This document shows, piece after piece, positions 1 to 9,480 of a stretch of DNA of 62,342 nt (positions within the stretch are counted from its first letter, which is position 1; every line of letters starts with the position of its first letter). This stretch comes from Catajapyx aquilonaris (taxonomy: Eukaryota): the NCBI GenBank assembly GCA_000934665.2, contig KZ538556.1:1-62342 (forward strand), in the 5' to 3' direction. Made by a program: the position numbers and the translations under genes. The notes under the pieces were generated by a model that was not told the DNA's origin, did not search any database, and saw only the letters and a list, made by a program, of their open reading frames with translations.

Positions 1-144
1 ACAGTGGCAAAAATGGAAGCGCTCTCCATGTGCTGATGTTTGAATTGGCCCGCCGGCCGGGGTTGCCAGGTAACGCACTACAACATAAGCAGCTTAGGCC
101 GAATTTGTCAATAGCTGTTCGGACAAAAAAGTTGGACCACCCTG
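1..144. mobile_element. Terminus of a Tc1/mariner-type element (truncated by window start)
   Basis: Ends in ...GGACCACCCTG|TA, i.e. TA|CAGGGTGGTCC on the minus strand, a typical Tc1/mariner terminus with TA target site. The partner TIR is not in the window. Confidence 0.5.
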
Positions 145-718
145 TATAATGATATAATATATGATGGATATAATATGTCAGCACAAAGAAAGTAATTAAA
201 ATTCATATTACACTATGCTAAGAAATCCTGGACGTACAAGTAATGTAACTCGCAAGTTTCGCTGTTCAGCAATAAATTAGAGATAATGGAATTGCTAATA
301 TGGCACTCTTGTGGCAATAAATTGCCCTACAGAATGGTTTCAAAGATACCTTCACAGTTTAGCCAATTAATCGTCAAATTTCTAACCCGTAATTAACTGT
401 ATGCCTAGGCATAAGAGTCTTTCACTTTTCAGCAATTAGCCTGAATATATTAAGAAAAGAAGAAATATAATCTTAATATCTGGGAATCCCTTGCATTTAC
501 ACACCTTTTATGACTATCTTACGATCGCTGCAATTTCTTTCTTAGTTCAGTAACGCAAAGGCATCAGAGCAATGTTACTGTGATGCTCAACATACTCCTT
601 GCGACTAATTGCGGCAGGTAACAATGGAATTTTACCTTTCGCTCATGGTAAATTAAAACCTGTTTCAATTTACTTGCAGCATATGAAAGTCAAAACCTGC
701 TCCTTGGATTCATTTGGC

Positions 719-796
<78 letters not shown>
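719..796 (+). repeat. (AAT)26 microsatellite
   Basis: Perfect 78-bp trinucleotide run. Confidence 0.97.
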
Positions 797-797
<1 letters not shown>

Positions 798-3700
798 GCT
801 CTGCCTTATTTACAAGAACCCAGAGTGTTCAAAATCTAATGGTTGCTGCATATCCATATGGTTCTCTGATTTTATATCACTTGAAAGCATTGATTCATTT
901 TTACCCAATAGCGTTAGCATGAAGTGCGGTAAGATAATAATTATGACTCATCTATCAATAAACTATCAAGTCCTATCGTCATCAAAAATTATTCAAACTT
1001 CGATGAATGAACTGTCAGCCTTGTGATCACTGCTGCAATAATTTTTGTCCCTTTTTTGGGTAAATAAAGATGGATCCAAGGAGGTTGCAAGTTTGATTAA
1101 TTATTCTGATCCAGTTTCATTTCGAAGATTAGGATTGAAATGCTCGAAGCTTAGGTGTAGGTGAGGGGGAGGGGTTTAATGGGAAATTCATATTGTAGAT
1201 ATGTATTTTCAATATTTGTCAGTTAACGTGCGTCATTTGGTTCATTGCTGACTATCCCTTTGATATAGTGAAATGTCTCGATGGGTAGGCTACTGTATGT
1301 ATATGAATCTTGATCGGTGTTCATCATTTTTATCCCCAATGACGTCCAGGGCTCAAAGATTTTCACATATTTTTTTCCTATTATTGAACGTACTGTATGT
1401 AACGGTTGTTGAAATATTACAAACACGATACATTTCCAATGCCAAAAAAGGCACTATAAATTGCTTTGCCAAAATAAGGTACTGCTACAAAACATTCTTC
1501 AGAAAATTTGGAAATAATTTGGTCAGAAAGTAGAATCTAATGAGGAAGTTAGTGATTGTCGACCAAGAAAGATCGCTCAGCAACATCAGGTTTGCCCAGC
1601 ATAACTGGCTTATATGAACTCAAATGTCTCAAACACGTAGTTTAAATTGTCTCTTTGTTCGAGTAATACTTAAGGCTCCCTCATGTTTACTCTCAGATAC
1701 TGGTCATCTTAGTGTCCACCTTTTGTAACGTACTCCTGTAAGGGTTCAATATCGCAGAAAATCGATGCATTATTTTGTTTTCATTCATTATGGTGCCTAT
1801 TATGGTGCACACCTTTTTACGACAATAATAATCTTGCGATTTTAAGTCGTATTCCTCCATTGGAATACGACTGTGCATCCTCCTTTCAAGCCAAATATCA
1901 CGCCAATTCAAGTTATTGTAATCCTATTTTTTTGCTAGCTGCACCTGATAAAAGATCACGGATTTCAAAGATGCAATCAGTTTCCGAGAGCGGATGCAAC
2001 GATGCAACCGGATGTAACGTTACAGTTAGATTCATTTCGAGAAAATCTGGCTCCCGGCAAGTGCAGACACGTTAGTAGAGAATACTGAATATCATTAGGA
2101 AGTTTCCCAAGTCAAACCAACCCATTTGGAATGTGGAGGTCCTTATCTCAATATACAAAAGAATCTAATCACGAGATAAAGGAGAATGTATATTGTAAAG
2201 CTAGGACTATGTCACTGTCACGTCTCCAAATCGGGACAAAATTCATAATATGAATTACATAGAGAAGAAGCATTATTGCCGCTCTCACCACATTTTAGAT
2301 TTTACAATAATTTTACTGAGTGTAGTTAAACACTTGCGATGTGGTCATGTAATGGCCAGCAGGCCTTCACTTTTTGTCTACAAATGCATAAAAGTCAAAT
2401 GCATGACTATATACAGTTGAGCAATTAATTATTCAAGCACAACAATGTGCATTGTTAACGCTCCAGTAAACACCACACTACGTTGCCTATTAAGCTCGAA
2501 TGAATTCGCACCGCCTTTATCATCACGCGTCCACCTAATTGCTCCAACTCGATATTAAGAACGCCTTAAAAAAACACGTCCAGTTGATACAACCGTCAGG
2601 GCCAAGGTGTATTGTACATCGTTTGTTCAGTGCTGCCGCTGCATTCTTACCACTTCCAAAGCCATTGACTCCGCCTGCTCTCTGATGCTTTACGAGGCCC
2701 ATTATGGCTCCTGAAAAAGCCCATCTCCGCGCTATTGGGCCACTATACCCTTGTGATTTTCTCAAGTGCTCCTCATGCCGCCTTCTTTTCCCCCCAGCCA
2801 AATAAAACCAGGATTTTTCACACCTTAACCATGGGCCCTAATATTTCAAGCACTAATCACGAGGTCCGGAAGTGTCCCGATTTGAAAGTCAAGGGAAGTG
2901 GGTTGGAGGTCCACATTTGACAGTCCATTTGCAAGGACGTTCTGGAAGTGTGGATGTGTCCGGGAGACGACGCCTGCGACGCCGCCGCAACAGGGAGTGG
3001 TGGAGGGGCGTTTTACGGCCTAATCGAATGAAACGTGCGGGACATATCGCGGCATAATTCGTGGGCCCCGCTGGCAGACCGTTGCCACCGACGTCGGGGC
3101 GATTATTTTATTATCACTTAATTATTTATTGGGAGCCTCCGTCCTGTTGCGCGCCATCAACGCCCCCCAAATTTGTTAGATTTCGCCTTATGGCCTAATA
3201 AAGTTTTAATTGTTGGCCCTGGCAGCCGTTTCGGGCAAAAGCCTCCGGGCCTTGATTTACAACGGACCAGAGTATGAATGGAGCTATATGGAGAGTGAGA
3301 GAGGAAGGACGTATTCCGACGGACGTGGCTTGGCAGACTAATTCCCGCCATTTGGACCAGGGGCGGCCTGAGTTGGAACCACTGTTTTCCGATGAGTCCA
3401 CAAGACGCGTGCGCTTTGCTTTAATAGCAGCTTTCTTTGGCTCCCGCACTTGTTGCTTACTGCTTTCCTATAGACCTATCCCGCCATAAAGATGCCCATT
3501 AAATTAGACAGATTAAATCAAATGGACGATTAGCTGCCACTAAGACAAGAGCAATAAAACAAACAAGTCGCATTTTTAAACGCTCTTTGCCATCCAGAAG
3601 TGCACATTACTGTGTGTCCAGCCTGATTTACGGCCAGCTTATTTCCACCGCCGAATGATATTAGCACCGCTGCGTAATCGTTTTACTGCACCACTTTGGA

Positions 3701-6673
3701 CGGTGTCAAGACTCGGGAATCCTGTCTTTTGCCAACTGACCATGACAGTCAGTTGACGAATATATCCCGCTGACGTCGCCTTACCCTTGAGGCGTCGCAA
3801 ATAATCGCCTGCAGCCGGACTCAATGACAACTCGCGACAGCCAGAAAGAGAGCAAGTATAACATACAGCCAGGAGCATCCGCCAGATACTGACGTCACGT
3901 GCGAATAAAACGCAACCGGTTTGGTCCCATTGGACATAACCCTGTCCATTCAGCCAATCAGTTGGCGTCAGCACCTGAGGCGAAGACGAGGCGAGAAAGT
4001 GACCTCGAGCTTTCCGGTAGCAACTCCCCGATATTATTGTGTCGTAATGGGACATTATGACCTGCTTCCGTCGCTTCGTAATTATCGAGTCTTGGCAGTC
4101 GCTCCGTGCAAATAGCGAAAAAAAGCTTATGAAGGGAAAATAGATAGCAAAAAGTTGTCAGCCTTCGAGAAGACGTGAGAAGGTAGCAGTAGGGTTAGGC
4201 TAAACGTGTGGGACTGGAAGTGAAAATGGATGGAGAAGTCAGCCTGTGGAACGGGTGAGATTTCCAACCTACCTAAGCTCTAATTGCTCTTAACGAACCT
4301 GTCCATCCGCTCACTTCAAACACAGCCCCCTACTACTGAACCCCTAATCTCCAAATCGTCCTGACCGTCACTGTAGTACACCCCGACAAACTATCGCCAA
4401 AATACTATACCAGCAAAGGATATCAGGTTTTTTTCCCCTTTCTTGTTACAAACAACCCCAGGATCAAGGGGAGCGGCAAACAAGCACGAGGTGTATGCCA
4501 GATAAGGCCGTCCTAAAATCAAAACTGGTAACAAAAGGTGAAATCCAGAGCAGGCCAGCTCACTTCGTGAAAACGGACAAGAAACGTAGAACGCGATTCA
4601 TCCATTTAGTCCCCAGCATAAATCTTGCAATCCAAGGGGACCCTAGAAATGCGGGGGACATCATGCACCAGTCCTGACCTTCACGCAATCCCACATGGCT
4701 GCCTTTCTGTCTCATCTAGCGTCGATGCCGTCTGAACATAACTCCATCTGTCGGCGAGTCATTTCCCCCTCAACCCGTATCACTGACCTTCCTAAACATG
4801 CCAGATTTAACATTAAGCAGACATCTTGGTCTTCGTCATAGATAGATTGGCCATATAGATGGGAATTCACATGAGGACAGGAAATGCAAAAGACCTGAGA
4901 GGGCGATGACCTGACCTTACCATGCTCCCATCATAACTATGTCACTGCTGAAGGTAATTAGCACGAAGTTTTTTGGACAATAAAAGGCGCCATATTTCAT
5001 CGCGATTAGGATTGTTGTCACCCGCCTGCTACTGGGCTTGCCTGTTTGGTTGTACAAGGGAGGTGCATATTCCCACAGGTAGAGTCTTGGAACAAAGGAG
5101 ATGAGGGTAGTTGTCAGACGTGGATGAAACTGTCAATTATTGCTTAAAGAATCACATTTAGCATTCAAACTTGTGATGTATTGACCAATTTTCATAACGA
5201 ACATCTGGCATGCTCCTATAAACTACTGGAAACATGAACGAAAGTGGTGATTCGAAATTGGCTTATTTTCTTAGGCAAAAAAAACTCAATTTGAGGTCAT
5301 ACATTACTTGACGGAGATATAGCTTGACCGGATAATCCCCAGAAAACCGCAAAAATTAAAAGTTATTTCTTCTCTTCCCATATCATGAACAAATATTTTA
5401 CATTCCTGGATATGAAGTAAATTTTTGCGAAAATTCACATTCTTTATGGCAACATGCTCTATTGCACTGAATACTCTCGAAACTTTCAGAAGGCCTCAGA
5501 TATCACATAAACATTAATTTAAACGCCTCCATATCTTATCACCTCCTCAAGGGAAATACTTTCAGATAGCCTCTTGTACAGCGCCTGTAACCTGACAACT
5601 CCAATCTACATATTTTAAATTACCACAACTACACCGACTCCAAAGTGTGAAACAGTACCCATGTCCACACGACTCATTCAAGCAAAAAAATCGCCATAAA
5701 ACCATATCACTCCCTGGCACTAACGTCCTCAATTTGTCCCCGCCCATCTACAGGAAGAAGCAAAAACTCATACATCACACTACATGCCCCAAACGAGCCA
5801 ACCATGCAAAAAACATTGCGAAATCGATCCACACTACACGTGGGCCACTACACGTGCACAAGCTCATGCAACAATCATTGCCATTGTTGAGCCTAAAAGA
5901 GGTGACAAAATGGAAAGTAGCGCGTGTCTTGCACCCATATGAGCCCAATCTTAGCAAATCCTCTCATTAGCGCCCAACCCATTTAAGGATTTACCTGCCC
6001 CCCTCCCCCCTATAAGCCACCATCTGCAAACATGAATTAAGTCTCCCTCTCCCTCTCCTCAATTCATTCAATCTATTGTTCCCCAACCAAATGACTTGGT
6101 ATTGATCAGTCCTGGAAAAGGAAACAGTGCGCAGGATCAACAAGTAACTGACTCACACCCTAAGCCCTGAATGTGTGGCTGCAAAATTTGGCGCACTTGT
6201 ACACATTGTGACGTCGTGATTGATGCCTGACAAGCCGCGTGGGGCTGTTGGCCAGAGATGATGGTCGGTTTTACGGCCTGTTGAAACGGTCGGGAAATAA
6301 TCTGCTAAGCGACGTGCTCCACACATACCAAGGAATATAGTAAAAAAATATTTTTTTTCCTTAATATACAAGAGAAGGTGCTAGTGTTTACTATGTGTAT
6401 AGGCAGATGTCTAGTAATACCTGTTCTGCAGGTCAAGTACATGCCACTTCCTGAAGTCAGGTCAAATCTTGCCAAATCAGCGGGACTATACAGCACATGT
6501 CCATTGTCGAGGGGAAAGGCGCCCGGTTTGCTATCACCTCTCTTTCCCCCTAGTCTGAATTACGATCGACCAGGGCCATTCTGCTCTTAGGAAAAAGTCG
6601 GAGGGGACTTTCTTCGAAGAGGGGGAGAACGGATCACTACTTATCAGGCAAAAGCACACCTATTTCCAAGCAG

Positions 6674-6999
6674 TGACGTCACAACTTCAAAAAAAACCGC
6701 TGACTATGCTGACGTCAGTACTCTACAATTCAAACGTTCCATTTTGGTCACCCCCAAAAATTCCGAGGACCAAGGATTTTTTCCCCTTAGTCTGACGTCA
6801 TACCCATTTCGGACAATGGTGGTCACGGGTTAAGATAAACTCGGGTAGCCGACCCTTCTTGAAAAATATTGCCTCCACATCTGCTGATTACGCGCTTTTA
6901 CACTAGATGGCGCTTTAAAAAAAATGTAATAAGATGAAGATAACTAGGCCTTGCAGCATTGTGCAGATCTCCAATGAGTCACGACCCCTTCTGACGTCA
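6674..6999. promoter_or_regulatory. Cluster of four perfect CRE palindromes plus an AP-1 site
   Basis: TGACGTCA at 6674, 6710, 6793 and 6992; TGAGTCA at 6975. Confidence 0.5.
6901..6913 (+). promoter_or_regulatory. CTCF-like binding motif
   Basis: CACTAGATGGCGC closely matches the CTCF core consensus (CCASYAGRKGGCRS). Confidence 0.55.
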
Positions 7000-8076
7000 G
7001 TTAGGAGATGCGCTTGCATGGACTGCAAACTGCATGCAACAGATGGGCAGGGTGGGAAAATTCTGCTGATATAGACTGTACGTTGTTTCCGGACCTCGAA
7101 TTCCAAGCCTCCTCCAAAAAATTACTAATTGCGTCGGGTCCTAAACCTGTCTCTAAAATGGGTTGGACTAGGGGGTGCTGAAACAGCTGAGGGCAGACAG
7201 AGCCAAAAAGGATGGTCTGGCAGGGGTGGGCTGATAGCTTATCTAGGATCCTAGCCCTAAAAAAAACCTCCTATTACGTCACCTGTCCTTGGAATGCCTC
7301 GGATTTTGTTTATTAACGCATTTCCGCCAAATCCTCGATTCTTGGTCCTAACAATGGGGACCTTGTTGGGTGCCTGTTGGGCTCCCTCCATTGTATAAAC
7401 ACGGCCTTGTGCGACGGAAGGGGGAAAAAAGATGGCAGGCAGCTGGCAAGCTCCAAGCCAAAGGTCCCTCAAGAGCCATCTATCGACGACTGCTTCCAAT
7501 CAATTTCTGGCGTCGCACCATACCCCTCCATGTTTTTTTTTTTTTAGCTCTTTTGTTACCGGGGCCGAGTGGGGTGTCAAAACACCAATAACGACGCTTT
7601 AAACACCTACCTTGTCCCCCCATTTATTGGTGTTTAGTGCGCGCAAGTCTCGCGGACCTAATAAAATTGGTTAATCACTTTTTAAACGTCGGGTTAAAAA
7701 AAAACAGGGCCAGGCACGTGGGTTATGTTTGTTTGGGTTTTTTAATGCTCTCAAAAGTGACGGGATGACACTGGCGGTGACTTACAGGAAATCAGGAGTG
7801 AAATTTACTACTTCCCTCAGCTCCATAAAACCCGGCTCTTAACTTTCCACGAAGTGGTCTGAGGGGTGGGAGGGGGAGGGCATGAGCAGGGGGGGTGAGG
7901 GGGGTAGGGAGCGGTATGGCATTTTATTTCGCTCCCATTGATTCCGTCTCTAGTCCTAGAAACACTATCTGAATATTTAGACCCAAAAGTGGGGAAACTT
8001 GTCTGTTTTTGGCGGCAATTTTGGTAAGACGAGCCATAATAAAAGATGGGTGAAATAGACACGTGGTATTTGTTAC

Positions 8077-8097
8077 CTGTCAGATGTGCAATGAGGC
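8077..8097 (-). CDS. Abd-B: Candidate 21-nt in-frame microexon of Abd-B (adds GLIAHLT)
   Basis: Minus strand reads CTAAC (branch point, 8124-8120) cagcctgctctctacctgc TAG | GCCTCATTGCACATCTGACAG | GTAACA. Its 21 nt preserve phase 1 and contain no stop. Confidence 0.55.
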
Positions 8098-8258
8098 CTA
8101 GCAGGTAGAGAGCAGGCTGGTTAGAGTGGATCGATAGCCCCGATAGAAGTGGGCAGCATGCAGCAGGAGCAGCAGCAGCAGGCAGGAGCACGTGCTTTTT
8201 GGAGGATGGGCAGGCAGGCAAAGCGTGGTAAATGCAAAGTAGGTACAATGGGACTTAC

Positions 8259-8880
8259 CAGGCGGAGGGTAGGGCGCTGGAGCCATAGAATCTGGTCCGC
8301 CGTAGTTTCGGAGTCCGTAGCCGTCGTGCGGGAAGGCGGCAGCGTCCATAGCGGCTCGACCCCGCTCGTCGGCCGGCAGGTAGGTGACCGGCTGACCGTG
8401 TCCGTCCATATGACCCGGCACGCGGCCGGTGTAGGGCGAGTAGTTGCACCACGTCTGTGCCCCGAAGGGCTGGCAAGAGTCCGCGGCCGACATGCTGCTG
8501 GGCCCGGCCGGGTACTTGTAGTCGTTGGGCCAGAAGGGCAGAGCCTTCCTTTCGGTCCTCCCGTCCGGGATGTTGTAATAGGTAGGGGTCATGCCTTCGC
8601 GGCACAGGGTCGGGTTGTACTGGGTCTCGAAGGCCGTGGCGGTGGCGGCGTGGTTCTCGCTGGGGTAGTTCCAGGGCTGCGATGCATGCGAGTGTCTGAT
8701 CACCCCGGCGCTGGTGTCCACCGAGCACTCGGGACCGTGCGGATAGGACACGGCTGCTAGCGTGGTGGCCACGCGCTTGGCCGGGATGTGCAGCGGGCCG
8801 CTCTGGCTGATAGGCGTACTGCTGACTTCCAGGGTGGGTCGGTTGGCCGAATTCTCCTCATAGATGCTGCCGTTCATCAT
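8259..8880 (-). CDS. Abd-B: Abdominal-B Hox protein, N-terminal coding exon (partial; homeobox exon outside window)
   Basis: Translation from ATGATG at 8880 gives MMNGSIYEE...GPLHIPAKR...GVIRHSH...QPWNY...QTWCNYSPY...DGYGLRNY...PYPPPG, motifs I recognise from insect Abd-B N-termini. GC-rich codons. Ends at a canonical donor G|GTAAGT (intron starts 8258, phase 1; 622 nt = 207 codons + 1). Identification is from memory of the family, not a search. Confidence 0.9.
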
Positions 8881-8914
8881 ACTCCAGTGCGTCACCCCAG
8901 CAACCACCGAGCGC

Positions 8915-8927
8915 GCGCCACCTGCTG
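8915..8927 (-). promoter_or_regulatory. CTCF-like binding motif in Abd-B leader
   Basis: Minus strand CAGCAGGTGGCGC, 35 nt upstream of the start codon. Confidence 0.45.
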
Positions 8928-9085
8928 CATGGTGGCCCCGCCGCCAAAGCACCACCACATGCAAAAAGAAGAGCAGGGGGAAACCCAGGCTCAGAGCGCT
9001 GAAGAAGAAGAAGCACAGGCGCCGGCCATGTTTCCTCGCCACCGGCATCCAACCCGTCTTTTTTTATTCTCCGGCGCCTTTAGTT

Positions 9086-9103
9086 TGTGTGTGTGTGTGT
9101 GTG
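9086..9103 (+). repeat. (TG)9 microsatellite
   Basis: Perfect dinucleotide run in the Abd-B leader region. Confidence 0.9.
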
Positions 9104-9299
9104 ACGCCGTGCCAACTGCCCCCACCCGCACCACCGACACTACCGCCGCCACCGCCACCGTCGCCTAACACAACACTACTACTACTACCCGCCCGCACAC
9201 GACACTCCTCACTGTACTCCGACGACGACGACGACGCCCCCGCCGACGCCCGGAAACAACAAGCAGCCGGCACACTTTGGCCACCCTGAATCAGAGCAC

Positions 9300-9480
9300 G
9301 GGCATGCAGGCTTTGGGGCGAGCCAGAAGGCCCGCCGCACAGCGTACGCAACGCGCTCAAACTCGGTTTGATTGACGTGAGGCTCTGGTAGAGATTGCGC
9401 GCTGGATAAATGCCGCCCGCTCATTGGTCCCACTCGCTCACGTGACCCGCCCCGCTCCTCAACTGCCCATTAATCTCGCA
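9300..9480 (-). promoter_or_regulatory. Candidate Abd-B proximal promoter (CpG-rich)
   Basis: CCAAT on minus strand (9427-9423), palindromic E-box TCACGTGA (9438-9445), GC box CCCGCCCC (9446-9453), CRE-like TGACGTGA (9373-9380), all about 500 bp upstream of the ATG. No clear TATA, Inr or DPE found. Confidence 0.45.

Larger units (their letters stand above)
1..8258 (-). other. Abd-B: Abd-B intronic sequence between the N-terminal exon and the homeobox exon (continues beyond window start)
   Basis: GT donor at 8258-8257. No homeodomain (RKKRKPY/WFQNRR) coding sequence is seen in 1-8258. Confidence 0.75.
8881..9300 (-). other. Probable Abd-B 5' leader with simple repeats and uORFs
   Basis: GC/CpG-rich sequence contiguous with the start codon. 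Contains (TG)9 at 9086-9103 plus short CTA, CGA and CCG/CCA triplet runs, and upstream ATGs at 9048, 9029, 8960 and 8930. Confidence 0.5.

Noticed and set aside
599..922. Poly-Asn ORF
   Set aside because: Simply the (AAT)26 microsatellite, with a non-ATG start.
5995..6023. Another possible minus-strand mini-exon (TTTGCAG|...CAG|GTAAAT)
   Set aside because: At 29 nt it would shift the frame; the alternative 15-nt version has no pyrimidine tract.
8098..8258. Read-through C-terminal tail of the 316-aa ORF
   Set aside because: Lies past a canonical GTAAGT donor and has intron features; its stop codon is the candidate acceptor TAG.
1..8258. Homeobox exon and Hox miRNAs (miR-iab-4/8, miR-10, miR-993)
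   Set aside because: No matching sequence seen; all are expected further downstream of this exon.
8881..9048. 56-aa hydrophobic in-frame N-terminal extension (MPVARK...) in the ORF track
   Set aside because: Derived from low-complexity CTT/T-rich leader sequence. The recognisable Abd-B sequence starts at MMNG. It cannot be fully excluded without ribosome data.
8149..9289. Long plus-strand and alternate-frame ORFs overlapping Abd-B (203, 157, 141, 126 aa)
   Set aside because: Shadow ORFs expected in GC-rich coding and leader DNA, with no recognisable motifs.
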